Below are positions 57,201 to 64,000 of a DNA stretch of 64,000 nt, one piece after another. The first letter of the stretch is position 1; each line of letters opens with the position of its first letter. This DNA comes from Clostridia bacterium (GTDB taxonomy: Bacteria > Bacillota > Clostridia > Christensenellales > CAG-138). The DNA is taken from the NCBI GenBank assembly GCA_036677445.1, contig JAVBWI010000004.1, positions 342,786 to 406,785 of the forward strand. Reading direction: 5' to 3'. The translations under genes and the position numbers were made by a program. A model generated the notes under the pieces. It had not been told where the DNA came from and did not search any database. It was given only the letters and a program-made list of their open reading frames with translations.

Positions 57201-59856
57201 TTGTAAAAGGCATATTCAGGATCGCCTCATAAATATCGAAATCCTTTGCGAATATGTCGGATATCAGTCTCTCCCTTTTTCTTTGCGCTTTAACTGGGTC
57301 TTCCGGGATAGTCTTTCCAAAAATGCTGAGTCCTTTGTTGGCAGTCTCGATTGCTTTTATAAAATTGCCGATGGAAGACAACGAGGTCGTTTGTTCCGCC
57401 AGGCATTCTCCCTTGTCCAGGTCGGTTATTGCTTGATCCAACAACAGATTGAGCAACCTTTCGGAATTTGTGTAGTTCCCGCACATGAGCTCGGTTTTTG
57501 CCGCTTTTTTCAATATACTGAAGGTGCGCTGATAATGGGTTCCATTCCAGCAATCGTCCGGCAACAGCGATCTGCTGATTTGGAAATACTCATTTGCCGC
57601 TTCTGTAGCAAGCGTGTCAAGCGCCTTGTTGCCGGCATAGTAGTTTAAGTCCGACAGAAAATAGGCTTGCTGCCCGATTACTTTTTCTTCTTTCCCCATA
57701 TTAAGGTGTGAAACGATCGCAAAGAGGTTTTCTGCTTTTTCCAGCTCCATATCCGCCGGAATCGTTGTGAGGAGATAGTTTCCTACTTTTCGGTGTATCT
57801 GCCGCCGGTCCTCTGCCGGAATTAAGGATAATACCGCTTCCTGCACTCGATCATGTATGAATTGCAGCTGGCCCTTGTTCTCTATCAGCAGTCCCTGGCT
57901 TAGAACTGGTTTTAGCAGCTCATACAGCTCAAATAGAGACATTCCATTGATAGCGGAAATATCATTGGGTGAAAACGAATTCCCCATACACGCGCAATAT
58001 TTGAGCAAACCTGTCAAGCCCGGTGCGAGCTTCTGAATTTTAGCGCTAAAAAGCGCAACTACCGTAGTCGGCATATGCGATTGATTAACTTTGCCAACGT
58101 CCCAGCACCATTGCCTTTTTTCATCGAAAAAAAGCAGGCCTTCGTTGTAGAGATACGAGAGGCTTTCACTGACAAAAAGCGGGTTGCCTTCGCTTAGGGT
58201 GCTGATAAAATCCGACAATGTTTTGGTTTTTGAGCGGGGTGAATCGAGGATATAGGAAACCATCTCATGACAATGATGCGGTTTCAAAGATTCTAACCTG
58301 ATTTCCGTTAAAGGCCAGCCGCTGATCTTTGCATTTGTGATAAGCTTTGAGAGTGGGTGACTTGAATCAACCTCGTTATGACGGTATGCTCCCAGCAGGA
58401 AAAAGTAGGGATGATCCCTGTAATTGGCCATTATATTTGATAAAAAGTCAAAGGAGGCCATGTCGCACCATTGAAGATCGTCTATAAACAACGTCAATGG
58501 GTTTTCTTCACTGGCCAGACAAGTCAGAAACCGGTCAAAAAGATCATGATACCGGTTCAATGCCTCGACCGGCGGAAGCGCTTTTACATCGGGCTGCGGG
58601 CCAATCAGTATTTCCAATTCCGGGATAGCGTCAGTCAATACCCTGGCATTATTTCCTACTGATTGTAAGATTCTTTTTTTCCAGTTTGCAGCCCGCTCAT
58701 TGCTTTCGGTCAGAAAAGTTCTGATCAAGTTTTTAAGAGCCTGTATCAAGGAGCTATAGGGAATATTTTTTTGATAGATATCGAACTTTCCAGATGTAAA
58801 ATAGCCCTTATGCTTGACAATAGGATTTTGCAACTCCTGTATCAGGCGGGTCTTTCCTATGCCGGACAACCCGGATATCAGCAGCGAACGGAATTCACCC
58901 TTGACCACCTGCTCGTATTCCTGAAGTATAGTCCCGGCCTCTTTATCCCGGCCTACCATTTTGGAAACAAAGGGTATTTTTTGAATGCTTACGCATTTTT
59001 CTAAAAGAAATTCGCGTATTGCCCCGGTTTTTGCGTACTCAGCCTGGCATCGCATTAGGTCGGTTAAGAGCCCGCCGGCGCTTTGATAGCGTTTTTCCGG
59101 CTGCTTTATGATTAGTTTCGCAATGATTTTGCTTAATGCAACGGGGATATCCGGGTTGTGTATATGAACCTGAGGGGCTTCTTTTGCAAGATGTGAATGA
59201 ATCAATTCCAGCGGATCATCCGAATAAAACGGCAATTCGCCTGTCAATATCTCATAAAACACAATGCCCAGTGAATATAGGTCGGAAGAGAAAACAACCC
59301 GATGATTGATGCGTCCCGTTTGCTCCGGGGATGTATATGATAACGTATTTCTGATAAAGGAACGATCATAGATAAAATGGCTGACATCCCTGACATCCAC
59401 GGTGCTGATAAAATCTATTAATCTGATATCCGATATATTTGAACCGACAAGGATATTGTGCGGTTTAATTCCGCCATGGATGATTCCGGCTTCATGAATT
59501 TTCTCTAAAGCCTGTGTGAGTCTGTAAGCTAAAATAAAAAAATCGCTTAACGGTAATTGAGGATGCTCCTTTATAAATACATCAAGCGAAATCCCATTAA
59601 AATACTCCTGCGTTATAAAGCACATGCCATCTTTTACTTCAAAGGAATCCGGTGTAATCAGCAGTGGGTTTTTTATAACCTTAAGGTGCTCAATCTTCTG
59701 ATCAAACTGGGCTTTTTTATATCCGGAAAAATTTATTGATTTTAATACTTTAAGAACAAGTGTCTGATTCGGATTTGCTTGATGATATACCTTGAAGACG
59801 GCAGTGTGTGGAACCTCGGCTACCTTTTCTACTATTTCATAATTTAATATTTTCAT
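54241..59856 (-). CDS. 1871-aa multidomain signalling protein: degenerate Ser/Thr-kinase-like domain, AAA (AAA_16/STAND-like) ATPase, TPR-like region, GAF, PAS, HisKA_2-type histidine kinase
   Basis: Kinase-like N-terminus ([30 protein letters not shown]); Walker A GLSGIGKT and Walker [11 protein letters not shown]; GAF ([20 protein letters not shown]); PAS with CENCQ; H-box [13 protein letters not shown]; ATPase [20 protein letters not shown]. Confidence 0.85.
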   Translation of the reverse strand: MKILNYEIVEKVAEVPHTAVFKVYHQANPNQTLVLKVLKSINFSGYKKAQFDQKIEHLKVIKNPLLITPDSFEVKDGMCFITQEYFNGISLDVFIKEHPQLPLSDFFILAYRLTQALEKIHEAGIIHGGIKPHNILVGSNISDIRLIDFISTVDVRDVSHFIYDRSFIRNTLSYTSPEQTGRINHRVVFSSDLYSLGIVFYEILTGELPFYSDDPLELIHSHLAKEAPQVHIHNPDIPVALSKIIAKLIIKQPEKRYQSAGGLLTDLMRCQAEYAKTGAIREFLLEKCVSIQKIPFVSKMVGRDKEAGTILQEYEQVVKGEFRSLLISGLSGIGKTRLIQELQNPIVKHKGYFTSGKFDIYQKNIPYSSLIQALKNLIRTFLTESNERAANWKKRILQSVGNNARVLTDAIPELEILIGPQPDVKALPPVEALNRYHDLFDRFLTCLASEENPLTLFIDDLQWCDMASFDFLSNIMANYRDHPYFFLLGAYRHNEVDSSHPLSKLITNAKISGWPLTEIRLESLKPHHCHEMVSYILDSPRSKTKTLSDFISTLSEGNPLFVSESLSYLYNEGLLFFDEKRQWCWDVGKVNQSHMPTTVVALFSAKIQKLAPGLTGLLKYCACMGNSFSPNDISAINGMSLFELYELLKPVLSQGLLIENKGQLQFIHDRVQEAVLSLIPAEDRRQIHRKVGNYLLTTIPADMELEKAENLFAIVSHLNMGKEEKVIGQQAYFLSDLNYYAGNKALDTLATEAANEYFQISRSLLPDDCWNGTHYQRTFSILKKAAKTELMCGNYTNSERLLNLLLDQAITDLDKGECLAEQTTSLSSIGNFIKAIETANKGLSIFGKTIPEDPVKAQRKRERLISDIFAKDFDIYEAILNMPFTNERKSKIELAFYSELIPDLYMSGLVPQLYLSAAQSTQHCLSGGMDESVIYSFSIMGLLLGEQGDFEQAFRFEDLARDLSAKYPNTFGATRGMNGIVWCNMHSRSHPKQIVEYCLKSIQCGKNCGDLYNAGLSYGPLMWNLQVQGADMSAIEDYANECLQFSNRFNLAFSARLAEAMQAGWVGHMKKNCVHVSMDEKLRLWEKDNHIASAGSYCVHMAISHYYFGEYEEAGRYLEEVKRYLSGLTDNVLKRQWHVFLVLNKLKLFEQESGGAFDELIAEIRPVVEKIETWAALGPLLKPYLAFLYAERERVAGSFKEARSLYLDAINIAHEQKYTFLEGHLNECLGELLLKSGQCTQRVYFAEAARLYRACGAERKESNLINKYPEYFKEEKAVVPQLELETAAPNILPPLDIDYLMKSSIAIAAEIEQDTLLKKIMNVVIESSGAQHGYLLIQENDGLFVYAESHVVKKQIIRTVNRKLEDTRDICKAIARYVYRTGERLVLNNAAQEGIFKDNPEVRHMRLKSVLCLPVIKQSKKIGVLYLENRLSDAVFTSEKTQLTELLTSQAAISLENSRLVDEMKRAEEALRGAKAELEMRVLERTAELARTNQLLEEDITRRKQAEEQVIVEQRRFNEILEILPVYVVLLTPDYHAPFANRVFRERFGEAHGKRCFEFLFGHDKPCENCQTYGVLETKSPCSWKWTGPDGRDYDVFDFPFVDADGSNLILEMGIDITDRNKAEAEIQKLNRELEQRVMKRTAELAAANEELYDSEAHLRSALHEKEVLLKEIHHRVKNNLQIIHSMLNLQSLYTTDELVIGLLKESKNRIFTMALIHEKLYQSESLARINLPEYIQNLIANLFLSYGISERSISPKIYVDDITLNIDTIIPCALIMNELVSNALKYAFSASGGCPDRKKEIQIDLRHGAGNRYKLVVGDNGIGLPDDFIIQNSNSLGLKIVNILVRQLKGEIYIDRNNGTRFTILFEAMK

Positions 59857-59947
59857 GGATTTCTCTTTCCAGCCTTCAGTTAAGTATGAAATATATTAAA
59901 TTTTAATCTGAATAGGCGGTCATAGTACCGCCATCAGGTCTGCGTAT

Positions 59948-60742
59948 CTATGCGACACCTTCCGGAAAACTGGCCATTTCGCGGCCATGTTTCATTAACA
60001 GCCTGTCCGCCACAAGCGCTATGAATTCTCCATTGGTGGGTTTATCGTACTTTGAATAGATTTTGCAGTCAAAGAATTGGTTAATATTTTCAATCTTGCC
60101 GCGTTCCCATGCAACCTCTATTGCATGGCGGATGCCTCGCTCTACTTTACTTGACGTTGTTGAGAACTGTTTCGCGATACAGGGGTATAGCTCTTTCGTC
60201 AGGTGGTTAATGAGTTCGGGGTTATTGAATACCATTCGAATTCCTTCCCGGAGATAATGATACCCTTTAATATGTGCCGGGATTCCGGTAGCGAGAAAAA
60301 TGAGCGTGATTTCTTCGCTAAGCGTTTTCGGCGGCTGAGGCGAGGCAGACTTACTTGTCTCCGGCTGCGCCGTTGTAAGCATATCCAGCATCCTCTTGTA
60401 CAGCGTTTCCGGCTCTATAGGTTTCGCCATGTAATATCTGGCGCCTAGTGTGAACGCGTAACGGATCATACTCTCGTTGCGGATAGCGGAGACCACGATC
60501 ACCGCCGGCTGTTCGCCCCCAATCCTTCTGAGATTCTCAAGTATGCCCAGCCCATCCAGCTTCGGCAAAATTAGACCCATCAGCAGGGCGTCGTACCGCT
60601 TTAAACGCATTTTCTCAAGGGCTTGACGTCCATCCGTAGCAATATCCACCAACTGTACTTTTTCCTGCGCAGAAAGGTACTTGTATACGAAATCACGGTA
60701 CTGCGGATCGTCATCCACGAGCAGAACAGCATACTTAGACAT
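59948..60742 (-). CDS. Spo0A-family transcription factor with an atypical receiver (Gly at the phospho-acceptor position)
   Basis: The C-terminal domain is near-canonical Spo0A (GIPAHIKGYHYLREGI, SKVERGIRHAIEVAW, KPTNGEFIALVADRL). The receiver aligns gap-free with B. subtilis Spo0A but reads LLMGLILPKLDG where Spo0A has LVLDIIMPHLDG. The start is taken at the ATG at 60742, after AAGGAG. Confidence 0.85.
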   Translation of the reverse strand: MSKYAVLLVDDDPQYRDFVYKYLSAQEKVQLVDIATDGRQALEKMRLKRYDALLMGLILPKLDGLGILENLRRIGGEQPAVIVVSAIRNESMIRYAFTLGARYYMAKPIEPETLYKRMLDMLTTAQPETSKSASPQPPKTLSEEITLIFLATGIPAHIKGYHYLREGIRMVFNNPELINHLTKELYPCIAKQFSTTSSKVERGIRHAIEVAWERGKIENINQFFDCKIYSKYDKPTNGEFIALVADRLLMKHGREMASFPEGVA

Positions 60743-60796
60743 TTGATTCTCCTTGTCCCCTGCTATTTCATTTATAATCTTAACCGATGGCCGAAA

Positions 60797-60917
60797 TTCG
60801 TCACGAAAACCGAAAAAATAATAATTCAATTTGTCAGTATATAATAGTATAATAGCATGGTAAAATTACCGTTACAAGTTAGAATGTGTCAGGTAATTTG
60901 TCGAAAAATAGGTCGAA
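60797..60917. promoter_or_regulatory. 0A-box-like heptamers in the divergent promoter region
   Basis: TGACGAA on the minus strand (60797-60803), TGTCGAA (60899-60905) and GGTCGAA (60911-60917) on the plus strand. The consensus 0A box is TGNCGAA. Confidence 0.4.
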
Positions 60918-61071
60918 TGAGGCGTACCAAATCGTACCGGGACATGTAGCGTAAAGTAAAAACCTTATCAAATTATCGGATAATATGCTGCGCGACGGTA
61001 TACTTATAAGACCGTTGCAAATATGTTTACAAAACATCATGCCTACAAGCTAAGAGAGTTGTGGAAAACAT

Positions 61072-61584
61072 ATGAAAGAAAAAACCTGCTGTTTTGCCGC
61101 ACAAAACCGGCGGATTATATCCGACGAAGATAATCCCGGTTGCATTAGGCTTATTCTTAAAATTACTCTGGAGATCGAGTTAATGATAAAAAAAGGATGC
61201 AATACATTCATAACCGGAATGGATTGGAGGTCGGAGCTTTGGTTCGCAGAAGCAGTACTTGATTTGAAACGTGCTTATCCACAAAAAAGTATTAATCTTA
61301 TCGTCGTTCAGTATGCGGGGCAAGCCTCACGATGGAACAAATATTATCTGGATCGTTATAAACGCGTACTCTTGCACGCCGATGATAAGGTAACATTAGG
61401 GGCAGACTATTATAACGGTTATATGCAGCAGTTAAATCAATATATGATAAGGCATTCGGCTCACATGATAGCTTTATTTGCCGGCAGGAAGGAACCTGTT
61501 ATAGCTTCCGATCCGGATACAGTGATTATAAACCCAAACGACTTTTTCGTGAAAAAGCCGCGCATTTTTTCAATCGTAAAATAG
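61072..61584 (+). CDS. DUF1273 / SLOG-family protein (YpsA-like)
   Basis: 170 aa; KTCCF..., CNTFITGMDWRSELWFAEAVLDLKRAYP and LNQYMIRHSAHMIALF resemble the YpsA/DUF1273 family. The usual TGHR-type N-terminal motif reads FAAQNRR here. Confidence 0.6.
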   Translation: MKEKTCCFAAQNRRIISDEDNPGCIRLILKITLEIELMIKKGCNTFITGMDWRSELWFAEAVLDLKRAYPQKSINLIVVQYAGQASRWNKYYLDRYKRVLLHADDKVTLGADYYNGYMQQLNQYMIRHSAHMIALFAGRKEPVIASDPDTVIINPNDFFVKKPRIFSIVK

Positions 61585-61629
61585 CGGGTTAGCTTAGCAT
61601 CTAAACCATTAAGGAAGCAGGAATAATAA

Positions 61630-62013
61630 GTGTCACATCGAATTTTGATTGCCGATGATAACAAGGACTTTACCAGTATTTTTAAAGACTACATTTCCTT
61701 ATATAATGATATCGAACTTGTTGGAATAGCGGAAAATGGCTGCAAGACATATGAAATGCTGTTGCAGGAAAAGCCTGACCTGTTAATTTTGGATCTTGTT
61801 ATGCCTGATATGGATGGAATCGAAGTCCTTCGCCGGATTCGTGACATGGACGGCGTCAAACCCGCAATATTCGTGATTTCCGCGCTTAGCAACGATGCTA
61901 TCACCCGTGAGGCTCTGACGCTGGGAGCTTGTGCTTATTTCATTAAGCCAATCAACCTTGAATCTATCGTCTCTCGAATACGCGCAGTTATGCAAACCAC
62001 GTCACAAGTTTGA
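61630..62013 (+). CDS. Stand-alone Spo0A-type receiver domain protein (no DNA-binding domain)
   Basis: GTG start. The 127-aa product aligns gap-free with the Spo0A receiver (ILIADDNKDF, ELVGIAENG, PDLLILDLVMPDMDGIEVL, ISALS, YFIKP) and stops right after the receiver. Confidence 0.8.
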   Translation: MSHRILIADDNKDFTSIFKDYISLYNDIELVGIAENGCKTYEMLLQEKPDLLILDLVMPDMDGIEVLRRIRDMDGVKPAIFVISALSNDAITREALTLGACAYFIKPINLESIVSRIRAVMQTTSQV

Positions 62014-62049
62014 GATGAAGTCTTGCTCCGGATTAAACTCATAGCCTGC

Positions 62050-62270
62050 TGACAGGCCTCTTAGGGGGTGTGGGGGATCAAAATCCCCACACCTATTCAA
62101 AGTGGTTTTTCGAACAATAAAAAGGGGCTGTCGCGCTAAATGTTCAGGCACTTAGCACGACAGTCCGGGTTCGTGCCCAAACAGGGCAAAATCGGTCCGA
62201 CGGGCCGATTTTAGAACCCCTTTACCTTTCGCATTATGCACTGAAAATGCTTAATGCGGCAACCCCTTTT
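62050..62270. repeat. Multi-hairpin intergenic repeat array 5
   Basis: GGTGTGGGGA-tcaaaa-TCCCCACACC; CTGTCGCGCTAA...TTAGCACGACAG; AAAATCGG...CCGATTTT; and the terminal hairpin TCGCATTATGCA-ctgaaaa-TGCTTAATGCGG (62229-62258) followed by CCCCTTTTT. It shares modules with array 2, and GGGGGTGTGGGGGA with array 3. Confidence 0.8.
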
Positions 62271-62353
62271 TATCGATCTTACAGCATCTACCATACCTTC
62301 GCCGCTACGCTTTTGCAGCAATGCAGGGACAGCACCGGCACTCCTTAATCTGT

Positions 62354-62641
62354 CTATTTATATACCGTAGTATAACCTTCCATAGAATGGCGATGGCCAT
62401 CGTTATAAGTGGTTAACCCTCTGTAATGGTGATCATGCCCGCCATTTACATTTTCCTCGGGCCCGGTAGTAAATTCAAACCCGTGTAAATGGTTATCATT
62501 AATTGTAGTACGCCCATTGATGCGATGCGTATGTCCTTTTATATTCGGGCTGGCGCTCGTCTCACCGTCATAATAGTGAATATGGCCGTCATTTAAGGTT
62601 GTTTGGCCTGTAAATCTATGCGTATGCAGTCTCATCGACAT
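62354..62641 (-). CDS. ymaF: YmaF-family His-rich repeat protein
   Basis: The start is taken at the ATG at 62641, after GAGGTG. Four repeats of H-x-H...G-x-T...D/N-x-H-x-H/Y (HTHRFTGQTTLNDGHIHY, HTHRINGRTTINDNHLHG, HDHHYRGLTTYNDGHRHS). Confidence 0.75.
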   Translation of the reverse strand: MSMRLHTHRFTGQTTLNDGHIHYYDGETSASPNIKGHTHRINGRTTINDNHLHGFEFTTGPEENVNGGHDHHYRGLTTYNDGHRHSMEGYTTVYK

Positions 62642-62877
62642 AAGAATCACCTCTTATTGACCATTTTATGTAAACGCTTTTTTTGTGTGCCTGAACGTGC
62701 ATTGCATATAAGAATATTAAGCGTGTCTTTTATACAATATCTTGTGGTGTGAGGATTCGGAAAAATTTAGAAAAAACGCCCACTTCGCGTTAATGTGGCA
62801 AAAGGCGGGCATTTTACTTATATAAGTAATACTGTTTTCACAGATTCAGTTTATATGAAAGCGAGCCTCGATTCTAC

Positions 62878-63190
62878 TGTGAAACTGCACCCAAAAGATA
62901 GACAGTGTGGTACACTGAATAATGGAAGGGGGGCAGTTTCATGCCCAGAGGGAAGCCCAACAAAGAGTATACAGGAGAGTTCAAGCAATTTGAGATTCCA
63001 AATCACGAGCGGGTGCGGCAATGGGAACGTATTTATCTGGAGGAAGGCTCTGCGGGGCTATATGTGGAACGGCGAGGCCATGGCGGAAAGGGGCGTCCGC
63101 CAAGCTGGACAAGCAGGTAGAAGAAGATCTGACAGCTGAAAATCAGCGGCCTCGGGCTGAGAATGCGTACCTAAAAAACTTGCAAAGCTT
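62878..63190 (+). pseudogene. IS3-family (IS150-group-like) insertion-sequence remnant: left end plus decayed orfA, no orfB
   Basis: A TG-initiated candidate terminal repeat TGTGAAACTGCACCCAAAAGATAGACAG at 62878. The reading frame from ATG 62941 gives MPRGKPNKEYTGEFKQ / FEIPNHERVRQWERIYLEEGSAGLYVERRG and then needs a frameshift near 63100 to continue as KLDKQVEEDLTAENQRPRAENAYLKNLQSL, an IS3 OrfA leucine-zipper-type tail. No DDE transposase follows. Confidence 0.6.
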
Positions 63191-63191
63191 A

Positions 63192-63228
63192 AGGGCTTGC
63201 CGCCCGCTCTTCACAGGCGGCAAGCCCT
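63192..63228 (-). terminator. Terminator-like hairpin downstream of the flavoprotein gene
   Basis: 13-bp perfect stem AGGGCTTGCCGCC (63192-63204) / GGCGGCAAGCCCT (63216-63228). On the minus strand the T-run begins about 14 nt after the stem. Confidence 0.5.
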
Positions 63229-63260
63229 CTCGGCTGCCCATGACGCCCGGGCAGATGCTG

Positions 63261-64000
63261 TTACTTCACGTAGGAGGCGGCCTCCCGACCGGCGATACGG
63301 CCGCTGCCAAAGGCGTACATCATAGTGGTGCCGCAGATGTCGTAGTAAGGCTTGTGGTACATGCTGCCGCCATCCTGACCCGCCACATAGAGGCCAGGGA
63401 TCGGCTTGTTGGATGAATCGAGCGCCTGCAGCTTTTCGTTCACCTTCACGCCACCCAGCGTACCAAAGCAACCAGGGAGGAATTTCACTGCATAGAACGG
63501 CCCCTCCGCAATAGGGATCAGGTATACGTCGCGCTTTAAGAGATCCGTATCTTCGCCTGCGGCGACCAACTCGTTGTAGCGTGCCACGGTGGTGGAAAGA
63601 TCCGCAAGGCCGGTTTCGTCTTGGAGCGTCTTGATGCTGTTCGCCTTCCAAACGAAGCCGTTTTCAATGCCGAATCCCATCTCGCGCGGGAGCTCGCTCA
63701 ACGGCGAATTTGCCCCAGCGAACATGGGCGGCACGCCGGAGGTGGAGCCGTAGAAGCTCAGCCGCTCCAACTGCGGGGCCTGCTTTTCCGCCTCGTCTGC
63801 GGGCAGTAACTCCTTGAGGCCGCCCGCTACCAGCATATCGTATGTCTTCTGATCGAAAATGACATAGTACGCTCCCATGGAGGAAGCGGCTGCGCCGCCC
63901 TGATTGAGCGGCTGCTCGCGGAACAGGGCCTCGTTGAAGTAGCGATCTCCGTTGGAGTTGACCATCAGTAGCGCTGCTACCGAGAGCAGGTTGATATGGA
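63261..64000 (-). CDS. FAD-dependent oxidoreductase (fumarate-reductase/flavocytochrome-c flavoprotein family), C-terminal part; 5' end outside the window
   Basis: The frame stays open to the window edge. The C-terminal motif GLYVAGQDGGSMYH...GSGRIAGREAA is typical of this family. Confidence 0.75.
   Translation of the reverse strand, partial: HINLLSVAALLMVNSNGDRYFNEALFREQPLNQGGAAASSMGAYYVIFDQKTYDMLVAGGLKELLPADEAEKQAPQLERLSFYGSTSGVPPMFAGANSPLSELPREMGFGIENGFVWKANSIKTLQDETGLADLSTTVARYNELVAAGEDTDLLKRDVYLIPIAEGPFYAVKFLPGCFGTLGGVKVNEKLQALDSSNKPIPGLYVAGQDGGSMYHKPYYDICGTTMMYAFGSGRIAGREAASYVK

Noticed and set aside
62120-62225. tRNA-like element: GGGTTCGTGCCC resembles a T-arm, and a closing stem AAAGGGG...CCCCTTT encloses three hairpins
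   Set aside because: There is no anticodon arm or acceptor/CCA geometry of correct size (about 100 nt). The closing stem is not conserved in the sister copy at 23990-24110. It is treated as part of the hairpin-repeat family.
62795-63416. ORFs 62795-63139 (114 aa) and 63021-63416 (131 aa) as separate genes
   Set aside because: The first is in a different frame from the orfA-like reading and has no features. The second is the frameshifted tail of the IS3 orfA remnant, running on into the antisense of the flavoprotein gene. Both are better explained by the pseudogene call.

Overview
This is a chromosomal segment from a moderately GC-rich, endospore-forming Firmicute with Clostridia-type gene content. 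It holds about 50 protein-coding genes. I recognised no rRNA, tRNA or CRISPR array. Left to right: the 3' end of a PEP-utilising enzyme, comFB and dinB; small accessory genes (alpha/beta hydrolase, AraC regulator, DUF2000); a large sugar-utilisation locus (RhaM mutarotase, RbsABC-type importer, DeoR regulator, FGGY kinase, two amidohydrolase-2 proteins, a Gfo/Idh/MocA dehydrogenase, two xylose-isomerase-like TIM barrels, an oversized class-III aminotransferase-like protein, an esterase); a [FeFe]-hydrogenase-like protein; a LysM-CAP protein; an aminotransferase/PIG-L/M24 operon with its own DeoR regulator; a self-contained sigma-54 module (rpoN, LevR-type activator, glucitol-family PTS IIA/IIC/IIBC, its own HPr and Enzyme I, a SIS protein); a sortase-anchored repeat protein; a three-subunit xanthine-dehydrogenase-family molybdoenzyme; and an iadA-cphB-cphA cyanophycin operon. 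After that comes a visibly AT-richer signalling island of about 12.5 kb, an IS3-family remnant, and the 3' part of a flavoprotein gene. The island is the best candidate for something undescribed. It combines a Spo0A-family regulator whose phospho-acceptor Asp56 is Gly, a separate Spo0A-type receiver-only protein with an intact Asp, a 1871-aa degenerate-kinase/AAA/TPR/GAF/PAS/HisKA_2 protein whose HRD motif reads HGG, two hybrid histidine kinases, a lone receiver, and 0A-box-like sites in the divergent promoter. A second recurring signal is a family of mosaic multi-hairpin repeat arrays at five gene junctions, four of them convergent. All functional calls rest on by-eye motif recognition; no database search was possible.
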